From positions 185,013 to 249,012 of the forward strand of contig CAYQZQ010000001.1 of the NCBI GenBank assembly GCA_964422035.1: a DNA stretch of 64,000 nt, given 5' to 3'. This stretch comes from an uncultured Pseudomonadales bacterium (GTDB lineage Bacteria; Patescibacteriota; Microgenomatia; UBA1400; Chazhemtobacteraceae). The translations under genes and the position numbers were made by a program. Below are positions 27,711 to 37,145 of the stretch, piece by piece. The stretch's first letter is position 1, and each line of letters starts with the position of its first letter. Below the pieces are notes generated by a model that had not been told where the DNA came from, ran no database searches, and saw only the letters and a list, made by a program, of their open reading frames with translations.

Positions 27711-27759
27711 GTGGTCAAATAGGTACTAGAGGATTTTAAGTGGTAAAATATTAGGTGTC

Positions 27760-27844
27760 GCCGAGGTGGCGGAATAGGCAGACGCGCGGGACTTAAAATC
27801 CCGTGAGGAGATCCCTCGTGCGGGTTCGATTCCCGCCCTCGGCA
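27760..27844 (+). tRNA. tRNA-Leu (anticodon UAA)
   Basis: Class II tRNA with anticodon loop CTTAAAA. A TGGTAAAAT element lies 11 nt upstream. Confidence 0.8.
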
Positions 27845-27861
27845 CAGACGCACATTTTATA

Positions 27862-27937
27862 CGGGGCGTAGCTCAGATGGCAGAGTGCTGCGTTTGGGAC
27901 GCAGAGGTCCTCGGTTCGAGCCCGAGCGCCCCGACCA
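27862..27937 (+). tRNA. tRNA-Pro (anticodon UGG)
   Basis: CGGGGCG acceptor and anticodon loop TTTGGGA. CCA is encoded. Confidence 0.8.
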
Positions 27938-27947
27938 AATATGTAGT

Positions 27948-28022
27948 GCGGGAGTAGCTCAATGGTTAGAGCATCTGCCTTCCAAGCAGAAGATGGGGGT
28001 TCGATTCCCCTCTCCCGCTCCA
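27948..28022 (+). tRNA. tRNA-Trp (anticodon CCA)
   Basis: GCGGGAG acceptor and anticodon loop TTCCAAG. CCA is encoded. Confidence 0.8.
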
Positions 28023-28023
28023 G

Positions 28024-28100
28024 GCGCCCATAGCTCAGTTGGATAGAGCGACTGCCTTCTAAGCAGTAGGTCGCAGGTTCGAATCCTGCTGGGCGCACCA
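28024..28100 (+). tRNA. tRNA-Arg (anticodon UCU)
   Basis: GCGCCCA acceptor and anticodon loop CTTCTAA. CCA is encoded. 1-nt spacer after tRNA-Trp. Confidence 0.8.
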
Positions 28101-28112
28101 AGCATATGACAT

Positions 28113-28188
28113 GGTGGCTGTAGCTCAGGGGTTAGAGCGCCGCTCTGTGGAAGCGGAGGTCGCGGGTTCGATTCTCGTCAGCCACCCA
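28113..28188 (+). tRNA. tRNA-His (anticodon GUG)
   Basis: Extra G-1 opposite C73 and anticodon loop CTGTGGA. Confidence 0.8.
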
Positions 28189-28209
28189 AACTTAAAATAA
28201 ATCTTTAAT

Positions 28210-29160
28210 ATGAATAGAAAGATATACATTCTTTTTGGCGGACCAAGTTCAGAACATGAAGTATCATTTGGTACTAGAGACTATTTCCTTAAGTTGTATA
28301 GGGATAAGCAACCTACAACAATTTACTGGAGACGTGACGGGAAATTTGAGATTATGGGTGAAGAGTATTCAGAAGATAAAGTTATTTCTTTTTTATCAGA
28401 AAAAAAGGCCGTAGTACTTATTGCTGCCCACGGTGAAAAAGTTGAAGATGGTTATATTCAACAAAAATTTGAGAAGGAAAGAATACCTTTTACAGGCTCG
28501 GATTCTGATTCATGTGAGTTATCGATGGACAAGTACCGATCTATGGAACATGTAAAGAGTATTGTAAATGTGCCTAAAACATATAAGACTGCCCCAGCAG
28601 ATTTTAATTTCCAAAAGATGGTTAAAATTATTGGAAAAGATTATCCTTTATTTGTAAAGCCGGTTGATTTGGGTTCTTCGGTGGATATCCATAAAGTAGA
28701 AAGTGAGACTAAGTTAAAAAAGTTAATAAAAAGGTTGAGTAGAGATGAATATTTATTTCAGTCCGAGATCAAAGGTACTGAGGTTTCACTGGCTAGTGTA
28801 CGCGAAGACAACTCCTTTATGAACCTCTACCCTACCGAGATTATTCCCAGTTCAGACTTTTTTGATTATAAGGCCAAGTACATTCCAGGACAGTCAGAAG
28901 AGATTACACCGGCAAGGATATCTGAAAAGTTAACCAAAAAGCTACAAGAAAAGACCAACAAGATACATCAAGCTCTGGGATTGGGATATTATTCACGGTC
29001 TGATTTCATAATCGATGAAAATGAAGAAATTTTTTATTTAGAGACTAATTCACTGCCTGGAATGACTCAGACATCTTTAGTTCCTCAACAGCTTAAGTAT
29101 TCAGAAAAGGTAAAAGATTTTATAGAAGGATTAATAAACAGGAAGAACTTGATAGGTTGA
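28210..29160 (+). CDS. ddl: D-alanine--D-alanine ligase (ATP-grasp)
   Basis: KIYILFGGPSSEHEVS N-terminus and C-terminal ATP-grasp motifs (SRSDFIIDENEEIFYLETNSLPGMT). Confidence 0.8.
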   Translation: MNRKIYILFGGPSSEHEVSFGTRDYFLKLYRDKQPTTIYWRRDGKFEIMGEEYSEDKVISFLSEKKAVVLIAAHGEKVEDGYIQQKFEKERIPFTGSDSDSCELSMDKYRSMEHVKSIVNVPKTYKTAPADFNFQKMVKIIGKDYPLFVKPVDLGSSVDIHKVESETKLKKLIKRLSRDEYLFQSEIKGTEVSLASVREDNSFMNLYPTEIIPSSDFFDYKAKYIPGQSEEITPARISEKLTKKLQEKTNKIHQALGLGYYSRSDFIIDENEEIFYLETNSLPGMTQTSLVPQQLKYSEKVKDFIEGLINRKNLIG

Positions 29161-29204
29161 GAATAATTTAAAAAGAACACCTTGAGAGGTATAATAAGGT
29201 CATT

Positions 29205-29281
29205 GCGTCGTTAGCTCAGTTGGTCAGAGCACCTGCCTCTTAAGCAGGGTGTCCTGGGTTCGAATCCCAGACGACGCACCA
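29205..29281 (+). tRNA. tRNA-Lys (anticodon CUU)
   Basis: Anticodon loop CTCTTAA. CCA is encoded. TATAAT lies 8 nt upstream. Confidence 0.8.
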
Positions 29282-29355
29282 GCGCCAGTAGCTCAGTGGA
29301 TTAGAGCACCGGTCTTCGGAACCGGGTGTCGGGGGTTCGAATCCCTCCTGGCGCA
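29282..29355 (+). tRNA. tRNA-Arg (anticodon UCG)
   Basis: Begins the nucleotide after the CCA of tRNA-Lys. Anticodon loop CTTCGGA. Confidence 0.75.
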
Positions 29356-29419
29356 CACTTGACATAAAGATAATAGATTGCCAGTATATAGTCAGTTAAG
29401 ATAAATTGATGCCTGCCAG

Positions 29420-30046
29420 ATGAATAAAAAGATATGGTTGTTTCCAGTTTGGTTAATCGGATCTAGTTTGTTGCTAGTTTGGACATTGGCTATGTATAAG
29501 GCTGGTGATGCTTCTGCTAAACCTGAGGTTAAGTCTATGAGTGTAACCAAAACTGGTAGTTCTCCGCAACTTCTGTACTCGGCCGTACCTAACAGACAAA
29601 TTAATATTAGGACAGCGATTAAATCAGCTGACGGAAGAGAAGAAATGTTAAGACAATATCTAAGCAGATATGACTCCCCTCTTGTAGAGCACGCTGGCTT
29701 ACTTGTTGAAATGGCTGATAAATATGACTTTGATTTCCGTTGGATGGTGGCTATCGCTCAACAAGAAAGTAATTTGTGTAAGAAGATTCCACATAATTCA
29801 TATAATTGTTGGGGTTGGGGAATATATTGCTTGGACTACGACCAAGAAGCTCAGAAATGCAACAAGATGCAGGTAATAAGATTTGATAGTTATGAAGATG
29901 CAATTATAAAAATTGCACCCCAATTTAAGGAAAAGTTTTTAGCTGATGAGGATGCCAGTCCCGAGGAGGTAATGCAAACATACACTCCTCCATCTGATGG
30001 ATCTTGGGCTTTTGGGATTAGTCAGTTTATGAGCGATATGGAGTAG
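29420..30046 (+). CDS. Secreted/membrane-anchored protein with possible lysozyme-like (glycoside-hydrolase) motif
   Basis: N-terminal TM. AIAQQESNLCKK...NCWGWGIY weakly resembles the catalytic-Glu region of SLT/glucosaminidase domains. Confidence 0.4.
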   Translation: MNKKIWLFPVWLIGSSLLLVWTLAMYKAGDASAKPEVKSMSVTKTGSSPQLLYSAVPNRQINIRTAIKSADGREEMLRQYLSRYDSPLVEHAGLLVEMADKYDFDFRWMVAIAQQESNLCKKIPHNSYNCWGWGIYCLDYDQEAQKCNKMQVIRFDSYEDAIIKIAPQFKEKFLADEDASPEEVMQTYTPPSDGSWAFGISQFMSDME

Positions 30047-30087
30047 GCTGGTATTTTTGTGGGTAAATAAGGTAAAATATTGCACAT

Positions 30088-30174
30088 GCCGAGGTGGCGG
30101 AATTGGCAGACGCGCTAGATTTAGGATCTAGTGGGATTTATCCCGTGGAGGTTCAAGTCCTCTCCTCGGCACCA
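30088..30174 (+). tRNA. tRNA-Leu (anticodon UAG)
   Basis: Class II tRNA with anticodon loop TTTAGGA. CCA is encoded. Confidence 0.8.
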
Positions 30175-30300
30175 TATATTGACTTTAACCCTATAACATT
30201 ATAGACTTTGTGTATTAAGTTGAGGCAAGTCCTCAGCTTTTGTACTTTTACAGGCAGAAAATACTTACCCACTTCACTCTATTTCTTCAAGGAGGGCATA

Positions 30301-30705
30301 ATGAAAGTAGTCAAAGTAAAAGTTCTTCCCCCTATAGCCAAGGAACTCTACCCAGAGTTACCGGACAAGAACCTTTGCAATGGAAAGATCCTGCTGTTAA
30401 GAAACAGCGCTTGGGAAATTTCCGATCAAGAGATTGTAGCCAGCTTGATTTTGACGGTGCTTGTTCGAGAGAGGCGGTGGTTTCCGGTCCCTTTGCAAGA
30501 GCTTTTCGAAACGCTCAAAGACTGTGAAAAGCTAATGGCAGAACTTCCTCTCCGAAACTTGGTAAAAGCTCTTAGTATGATGGCTGCCAGAGGAGAACTA
30601 GATTTAGTCAGCTACGACTCTTTGCTATATATTTACCCCACAGAGTTGTATCTAGCCAAGATCGAGAAAACATATAATATTAAGCTTCTAAGGACTGACT
30701 CTTAG
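30301..30705 (+). CDS. Hypothetical small protein (134 aa)
   Basis: The ATG at 30301 follows AGGAGGG. The upstream part of the track ORF (from 30208) lacks an RBS. No recognised domain. Confidence 0.45.
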   Translation: MKVVKVKVLPPIAKELYPELPDKNLCNGKILLLRNSAWEISDQEIVASLILTVLVRERRWFPVPLQELFETLKDCEKLMAELPLRNLVKALSMMAARGELDLVSYDSLLYIYPTELYLAKIEKTYNIKLLRTDS

Positions 30706-30734
30706 AATTAAGTAGATTTTCTGCACCAAGACAC

Positions 30735-30788
30735 CCCCCTTCAGAGCCCACTTTTTGTGGATTTGTAATCTGAAGGGGGATTTTTTTG
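30735..30788 (+). terminator. Long-stem rho-independent terminator between convergent genes
   Basis: CCCCCTTCAGA...(23-nt loop with an inner CCCAC/GTGG hairpin)...TCTGAAGGGGG followed by ATTTTTTTT. Confidence 0.55.
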
Positions 30789-30789
30789 T

Positions 30790-31653
30790 CTATAAAAGTT
30801 TTCCTTCTGATCTTTTGGGATTTGATGTACTAGGTTGAATGTAGACGTCAGCGTTGTAATCATTAGTTCCTACGTACTGAGCATCTCCTCTTACAATCAT
30901 CTCAAGAGGCTCACAAGCTCTACAACCACCTTGAGGACAATCAAATTTTTCCAGTTGTCGAGCAAGTTTAATTTTTTTAGCTATTTTTAAAATGTCTCCT
31001 TCTGCTTCTTCTAGTTGAGGAAGCTCTTGCTGTTGCGGAGATTTATCGTGCTGCAGATACCAATAACTAACCTTGTCAACCTGCCATTTTTGAGTGTGAT
31101 GAGCAAGAAGGTGATAGATTGGTAGTTGAAGAGAGCTTTGGTTTTCTTTGTTTTTACCTGTTTTAAAGTCGATGATATGAACAGAGTCTTTGTCTGGCAA
31201 GTATTCAAGCCAATCTATTTTTCCACAGAGAATTATCTGATCTTCTTTTGACAACCAGTAATGAGGTAGATCCATGTCAATTTTTACAGCCAAATTTTTT
31301 AGTGGACCAGGGTTCTCCTCTACAGTACGAATCATTTCCAGACCTCTTTGCTTGAAGCGGTGCTCTTGTTCTTTGTCTGTAAAGCCACCTTTTTCGCCTG
31401 AAATTTTGTTCCAGGCTTTTTGAAAGCGATCAATTAACGGCTCTTTAAAGCGCTGGTCGGTTTTTATATTCGACAATGACTCGACGACTTGGTGAACAGC
31501 TTGTCCAAGAGCTAGGTACGGAGTAATTAAACTAATCTTATTACCTGTCTTGGGGTCTTTGTATACGTTATTTAAGTAGTAGGCACGAGGACAGGTTAGA
31601 TAATCACTTATTGAGGAATGAGATACCCAGGTTGCACTGTATTTGTCTGACAT
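30790..31653 (-). CDS. Cas4-like / RecB-family PD-(D/E)XK nuclease with a C-terminal Cys cluster, stand-alone
   Basis: N-terminal CPRAYYL, the D...IIDFKTGK catalytic motif, QLPIYHLL, and CPQGGCRAC (four-Cys Fe-S signature with the N-terminal Cys). The ATG is at 31651-31653. Confidence 0.7.
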   Translation of the reverse strand: MSDKYSATWVSHSSISDYLTCPRAYYLNNVYKDPKTGNKISLITPYLALGQAVHQVVESLSNIKTDQRFKEPLIDRFQKAWNKISGEKGGFTDKEQEHRFKQRGLEMIRTVEENPGPLKNLAVKIDMDLPHYWLSKEDQIILCGKIDWLEYLPDKDSVHIIDFKTGKNKENQSSLQLPIYHLLAHHTQKWQVDKVSYWYLQHDKSPQQQELPQLEEAEGDILKIAKKIKLARQLEKFDCPQGGCRACEPLEMIVRGDAQYVGTNDYNADVYIQPSTSNPKRSEGKLL

Positions 31654-31714
31654 AATGGTAAGTATACAACAAGACTTGTAATGTTGAACCAAGAAGTGTT
31701 ATAAAATATGAACA

Positions 31715-32425
31715 ATGACAGCTCGAAGGTCAAGACTAAGTAGATACAAGAAAAAGCAAGAGAAACGCAAAGCAGTAATTTATATTTTGCTATCAGGGAT
31801 ATTTTTGTATGGAATGATTAGGTGGGGAATTCCAGGAATTATTAATGTAATTGGCTGGTGGACCAGCTCTGATGAGATTGTATCGGAACAAGGGTATAAA
31901 GTTCCCCCTCAGAAACCGCAATTGGCTCCCTTACCCGAAGCAACTTTTAGTGGAAAAATTAGTGTGTCGGGTACAGCAATTTTAGGTAAAAAAGTTGAGA
32001 TATATGTAAATGGTGACAAGAGAAATGAAAAAGATTTGACAGAGGGAAGTAATTTTGAATTTGAATCAGTAGTTTTGAATAATGGTAAAAACACCATAGA
32101 GATAATATCGAAAAATGACAGTGGCGATAGTCAACCGGCAAGAGCTAAGATTACCAGAGATGACGCTAAGCCGGAGATAACTATTGATGAACCTGGTCTA
32201 GAGGCAGAAAGGTACGGACCCGGAGAGAACAACATTAGTATCAGGGGGACCGTGAATGAGGAGGGCAGAGTCTATGTTAATAACCATTTGGTCTTTGTCA
32301 GTGACGAGGGTAATTTTACATTTGACAGCGACTTAGACGAAGGACTTAATAAGTTTGTAGTCAAAGCAATCGATAAAGCAGGCAATGAATCTGAGAAACT
32401 GGTGAGAGTCACCTACTCACGATGA
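31715..32425 (+). CDS. Membrane-anchored protein with tandem Ig-like (Big) beta-sandwich domains
   Basis: Basic N-terminus plus a TM. Two repeats of about 70 aa (VSGTAILGKKVEIYVNG..., ISIRGTVNEEGRVYVNN...). Confidence 0.45.
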   Translation: MTARRSRLSRYKKKQEKRKAVIYILLSGIFLYGMIRWGIPGIINVIGWWTSSDEIVSEQGYKVPPQKPQLAPLPEATFSGKISVSGTAILGKKVEIYVNGDKRNEKDLTEGSNFEFESVVLNNGKNTIEIISKNDSGDSQPARAKITRDDAKPEITIDEPGLEAERYGPGENNISIRGTVNEEGRVYVNNHLVFVSDEGNFTFDSDLDEGLNKFVVKAIDKAGNESEKLVRVTYSR

Positions 32426-33516
32426 GAAAGAGCTGTAAGTAGCAAAAACAATACCAGTGTCCAGTTGAAAAAGAGTGTGTTGTTAAATAAGGCGTGAGTA
32501 AAGAGGACAAATAAAGAAGCGGTGATAAAAACAGAACGAGATTTTTCAACTGATTGAAACAGAAAATATAAATAAGATGCCAGCCCGACAAGGCCTGTTG
32601 TAACTAAGACAAACAAGTAGCTATTGGGTAAAGATCCTGTGGCCCTATCCGGATAAGGCGACTGATTGACTGAAGACTTTAAGGTATTAAATCCCACTCC
32701 AAAAATAGGTTGCTTTTGGATGGTAGTGAATTGGTTAACTATTGTGTTCCATCGTGACTGTATGGAGAAAGTTCTAGTTAAGTTAACTCCTTCACCGAAA
32801 GGCTTGGGAACAGTCAAAACCAAAAGTATTAGAACAGGGACGATGATTAAATATTGTTTTTTAAATTTTAAAATTAGCAAAACTACTAAACCAACCAAAA
32901 AACTTAAATATGATGAGCGAGAGAAAGTAAGAGTCAAAGCAGTAAGCGGCAGCAGACTAACCGCCTTATACACTCCAGGCATGGATCCTAAAACTACAAA
33001 CACGGAAGCTGCGAGGATGGCACCGGCAAAGTTTGGGTCTATTAAGGTACTGATTAACCTAAAATAGTGATCATCAAAACCATATAGTTTCAGAAATCTT
33101 GTATCCGGCAGAAAGTAATATTGAACCAAGCCAAGCAAGGTAAAAATCAACAGGACTATAGCTGTGGACTTTAGTGATATTTTTTTGTTGAGTGTAAAAA
33201 CAAAATAGAACGATAAATAACTGATTAGTCGAAGCAGGTAGAGACTGCCTATCAATAATTGAGGTACTGGTGTAAATGGAAGTTTGATCAATAAAGAGAA
33301 GGCGGCAACAAGAATAAATATCACTAAGGGCTTGAATAAAGGAGTCTTTTTTATTTTTGAAAAATTATATAGAGAGATAATTAAGCTGATAAAGGCAGCA
33401 ATATCTAAAAGATAAAGATGGGCACCCTGAATGGGCACAGGCAACTCTAAAATTGGCCCAAGTAGCCAAATAATGCTTAGTAAAATTAGAAGAAGGTGTG
33501 ATTTTATGTACTTCAT
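32413..33516 (-). CDS. O-antigen ligase/polymerase-like (Wzy_C family) polytopic membrane protein
   Basis: About 10 TM helices and a central region LTFSRSSYLSFLVG resembling the Wzy_C signature. Confidence 0.5.
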   Translation of the reverse strand: MKYIKSHLLLILLSIIWLLGPILELPVPIQGAHLYLLDIAAFISLIISLYNFSKIKKTPLFKPLVIFILVAAFSLLIKLPFTPVPQLLIGSLYLLRLISYLSFYFVFTLNKKISLKSTAIVLLIFTLLGLVQYYFLPDTRFLKLYGFDDHYFRLISTLIDPNFAGAILAASVFVVLGSMPGVYKAVSLLPLTALTLTFSRSSYLSFLVGLVVLLILKFKKQYLIIVPVLILLVLTVPKPFGEGVNLTRTFSIQSRWNTIVNQFTTIQKQPIFGVGFNTLKSSVNQSPYPDRATGSLPNSYLFVLVTTGLVGLASYLYFLFQSVEKSRSVFITASLFVLFTHALFNNTLFFNWTLVLFLLLTALSHRE

Positions 33517-33525
33517 AAGGTTATT

Positions 33526-34902
33526 TTAGTTGATCTTGAAGACTTGAATGCCCAGAGAGTTGGTATGCAGTAGTTTGCCCTCCACATTAGCAGGGTTTTG
33601 ATTTTTGGTAATAAGGTACGGATACGAATAGTTTTTATCTACCCAAGATTGGTGATCAAAGTTGAGCGGCATGTAGTAGAGATTGTGCAGATTTTTGACT
33701 AACACCTTTTTGTCGGGATTAAGATTGTTTTCTACCCAAGAATCTGAATCAATGAAAGTATCAGGTAGCCGAGCTGACTGTGAAGTTAAAAATTGGTTCT
33801 TGGATTGCTGGCCTAGAATAACCGGTAAAAACTTGCTGTTCGCCCAAAATCTGCCAATCGAGATTAGAAAAGTTGTCAGAAGTATAAAAACTAAGGAGAG
33901 TCTTTTGTAAGCTGTTTTTTTGACCTTAAGAGCTTGACTGCTTATCAGTGCAATCAACGGCAAAATTTGAAGCAAATAACGCCCAGAGGGAGGAGGGATA
34001 AGCTGCCAAACGACAATGGAAGCTAGTGTGTACAAACAAATTTTTTTTAACAAAGAAGAGTTTCTATCTATCGACATGTATAAGCCGACAGGGAAGATAA
34101 AGGCAAACAACGGATTGATTAGAGTGTCGTATGGCTTTCCAATGTATATTGGTGAAAGCATTAATCGTTTTATTATTTGCATGAAGTGATAAAAATTAGT
34201 TGATACTTGTGAGATCTGACTTTGAGTAATGGAAGACTCCAACAGAGGATAAACTGGGTTGCCAGTAAAATGAAATGCAAGATAAAACCAAGGAGATGCT
34301 ACCAGTAAGGCAATGGGGATTATCAAGGGGTTAAAGATTAAACCGGCCAATAATAATGATGCTAAAGCGTGCCACTTGCTGCCAATAGCTAAACCAAAAA
34401 ATATGCCCGAAAGTAACCAGCTGGGGATTTGTAGATTAAGCAATTTATATTTTTCATCTTGAGCGATGAAGTAAATTGCCGACAGCTCAAGAGCTGTTCT
34501 TACAAGATCAATGTAAGCCGAGCCCGACTGCCAGCTGACAAGCCAGGTGTTATAAAAGAGCAGGGCGGCAATGATTGCTATCCCCTTGTTTGAAAACTTT
34601 TTTGTTAGCTTGTAAGTTAGTAAGCTGGCAAAAAGGCCTGAAAAATACTGTATTAGTTTGGGGCCTTGTGTACCCAAAAACTTTAAAGCAGGAATATAGA
34701 GTGTCTCGGCCAAGCGAGGCATGGCGGAAATATACAAAAGCCCAGGATAATACCAACGACCTTGCCAAAGAAAAAGTTTGGGTAAGGTAAGGTGGTAGAA
34801 AAGGGCATCAAAGCCCAGTTCTGGACCCAAAACAGCAATCAGATTTACAACTGCCATGAAGATCAGAATGAAAAGACTTAAGCGTCGGACTTGTTTTCCC
34901 AT
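33526..34902 (-). CDS. GT-C fold membrane glycosyltransferase (ArnT/PMT/GT39-83-like)
   Basis: 458 aa with multiple TM helices, and an N-terminal loop with acidic/aromatic residues (GFDALFYHL). Confidence 0.5.
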   Translation of the reverse strand: MGKQVRRLSLFILIFMAVVNLIAVLGPELGFDALFYHLTLPKLFLWQGRWYYPGLLYISAMPRLAETLYIPALKFLGTQGPKLIQYFSGLFASLLTYKLTKKFSNKGIAIIAALLFYNTWLVSWQSGSAYIDLVRTALELSAIYFIAQDEKYKLLNLQIPSWLLSGIFFGLAIGSKWHALASLLLAGLIFNPLIIPIALLVASPWFYLAFHFTGNPVYPLLESSITQSQISQVSTNFYHFMQIIKRLMLSPIYIGKPYDTLINPLFAFIFPVGLYMSIDRNSSLLKKICLYTLASIVVWQLIPPPSGRYLLQILPLIALISSQALKVKKTAYKRLSLVFILLTTFLISIGRFWANSKFLPVILGQQSKNQFLTSQSARLPDTFIDSDSWVENNLNPDKKVLVKNLHNLYYMPLNFDHQSWVDKNYSYPYLITKNQNPANVEGKLLHTNSLGIQVFKIN

Positions 34903-35621
34903 TGTTTTACTCTAACAATAATTGAGTGCAGACTCATTATGTAAGCGAAGATGAAACCTCTTATTCCATCAAGAAAGCCCAGCAGAATTAGATAATTGTA
35001 GATAAATTTTCCTATTGGCTTGAAAATAAGTTGGACAAGGCTGTATGTTTTACCTTCAATTTTAAGCTCTTTGGCATCGATTGATGTATAAAAATTAATT
35101 TTTTGAATGAACTGACTGATACTTATGTCTCTTGTGTGCAAAATGGGGTTTTTTAGCGAACCTAATTCTCCATTAACTTTCCATACTTCGTGAATAGCTC
35201 TTTGCCAGTTCCCCCTGTCTTTTCTAGCTAGTCTTAATAGTTTGATGTTGCCTGATTCTCCATGTTCGAGCTTTTTACCTAGAAACATATCTTTGCGGGG
35301 GATATAAAAACCCTGCTTGTTTGTATCCGACAAAACATGTACTATTTCTTCTTTCAACTCTTGAGTTACTAGCTCATCGCTGTCTACAAATAACACCCAG
35401 TCGTGAATTGCTTTTTTTAAAGCAAAATTGCGCTGTTTGGACAGATTATTATTTAATTTTCTTTTGTACACTTGAGCGTCCATTTTGTCCGCAATTAAAA
35501 CTGTGTCATCGGAAGAATAATCGTCGATGATCAAAACTTGAGAACAAAAGCTGACTGAATTGAGTACTTTTTTGATAGTTTTTTGATTGTTTTTGGTTAA
35601 AACAACTGCAGTGATATCCAT
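34878..35621 (-). CDS. Family 2 glycosyltransferase
   Basis: AVVLTKNNQKTIKKVLNSV...IIDDYSSDDT and a DSDE motif (GT-A fold DxD). The start is at MDITAV. Confidence 0.8.
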   Translation of the reverse strand: MDITAVVLTKNNQKTIKKVLNSVSFCSQVLIIDDYSSDDTVLIADKMDAQVYKRKLNNNLSKQRNFALKKAIHDWVLFVDSDELVTQELKEEIVHVLSDTNKQGFYIPRKDMFLGKKLEHGESGNIKLLRLARKDRGNWQRAIHEVWKVNGELGSLKNPILHTRDISISQFIQKINFYTSIDAKELKIEGKTYSLVQLIFKPIGKFIYNYLILLGFLDGIRGFIFAYIMSLHSIIVRVKQWENKSDA

Positions 35622-35660
35622 TGTCAAGCACATTATATCGCTAAACTATAAAATGTAAGT

Positions 35661-37145
35661 ATGAAGAAGTGGATAATTATCACCGTAGGCATATTATTTT
35701 TGCTGACTGGATATTTTCTTTACAGATTTAGATTTGTCGTAAGTTGTAGGAATTTAGGTAATTATCAGGACCTGATTATGTGTGCGGATAATCTGATTAA
35801 GAAGCAGGATGCTTTGAGTGATATCAATGAAGTTGTTGGGAATAAGAAGCTGGAGCAAGGAATAAGATTGATCGAAGTAGTTGAAGAGTTTTGGCCAGAG
35901 AAAGACTACCTATTAGGCAAAGACGAGCCCGTTAACTTCTTAGTCTTATTGCAAAATGACAATGAATTACGAGCCAATGGAGGCTTTTTTGGTTCATATG
36001 CGGTAGTTACCGTGGATAAGGCAAAGGCTAGCTTTGAATTTCAAGATATCTATGTTCCCGATGGGCAACTTGAAGGACATGTCAAGCCCCCTGAGCCTAT
36101 TCAACAAGCTTTTAAAAGTGGTCAGTGGAGATTAAGAGATAGTGATTGGAGTGCTGATTTTTCTGTATCTGCCAAGCAAATCAGATGGTTTTTTGAAAAA
36201 GGTGGCGAACAAAGAGTTGAAAACATAGTCACTTTGCCCTTAAGTATTATGAAAAAAATTGTGACAATAATGGGTCCCATTGAGGTTGACGACTATGACA
36301 GAGAAGTTACCGGAGAGAATATTTCTCTCTGGCTCCAGAACGAGAGTGAGGTTGATTTTTTTCCTGGATCAACGCAGAAAAAGGACGCTATTAATGCAGC
36401 TGGAAAGGCTGTCTTGAACAAATTTTCAGAAATTTCTTGGGACAAGAAGTTGCAGATTGCCTCATTGATAATAGATGAGCTTAATCATGGAAATGTCCTT
36501 GTTAATTCTGAATATCATTCAGTTCAATCAAAACTAATTGACAAAGACTGGGCCGGCACACTCTCTGATAAAGCATGGAGTAATCATGCGGACTGGATAA
36601 ACGATGAATATTTGTTGATAGAAAGCAATTTGGGAGCTAATAAGGCAAACTGCTGTGTGAACAGAGCAACAGTACATCAACTTATTGTGGATGATGATAA
36701 AGTTTCTCATCATGTCAAAGTTGAGTTTGAAAATCAATCAGTTAAAGAAAATCCTAAACCTCCATATTTTTATGGTGGTAACTATATAGTTTATTTAAGA
36801 TTTTACATCCCGGAGCAGGCGATTAATGTTGATGTTAAGGCTGCTCCAAGTACTATTGACAGAAGAGAAGGCTACCCTCCCCTCTTAAGCCTTAGAGAAA
36901 CTGATAATTACAAAGTTGAAGGAAACTTTGGATTCAAGGAGATTAGCTTTTTTCATACAACTGCAGCAGGTAATCAAAGTTGGGTAGAGATTGATTATGA
37001 TCTTTACCGAAATCAGGCTAATAAATATCGGTTGAAGATTTTAAAACAACACGGGGTTATGCAATCAAAACAAGAGATTTTAATTCAAGGAGAAAGACAC
37101 GAAACCAATCTTGAAGATGATTATGTTTTAGATTTTGAAATTTAA
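35661..37145 (+). CDS. DUF4012-like membrane-anchored extracytoplasmic protein
   Basis: N-terminal TM plus the motif NDNELRANGGFFGSYAVV. Embedded in the glycosyltransferase cluster. Confidence 0.45.
   Translation: MKKWIIITVGILFLLTGYFLYRFRFVVSCRNLGNYQDLIMCADNLIKKQDALSDINEVVGNKKLEQGIRLIEVVEEFWPEKDYLLGKDEPVNFLVLLQNDNELRANGGFFGSYAVVTVDKAKASFEFQDIYVPDGQLEGHVKPPEPIQQAFKSGQWRLRDSDWSADFSVSAKQIRWFFEKGGEQRVENIVTLPLSIMKKIVTIMGPIEVDDYDREVTGENISLWLQNESEVDFFPGSTQKKDAINAAGKAVLNKFSEISWDKKLQIASLIIDELNHGNVLVNSEYHSVQSKLIDKDWAGTLSDKAWSNHADWINDEYLLIESNLGANKANCCVNRATVHQLIVDDDKVSHHVKVEFENQSVKENPKPPYFYGGNYIVYLRFYIPEQAINVDVKAAPSTIDRREGYPPLLSLRETDNYKVEGNFGFKEISFFHTTAAGNQSWVEIDYDLYRNQANKYRLKILKQHGVMQSKQEILIQGERHETNLEDDYVLDFEI

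Noticed and set aside
26466-28101. ORFs 26466-26732(+), 27533-27853(-) and 27793-28101(-)
   Set aside because: They are read through tRNA genes on the opposite strand (Pro/Arg/Gly-rich translations of tRNA stems), so they are not protein-coding.
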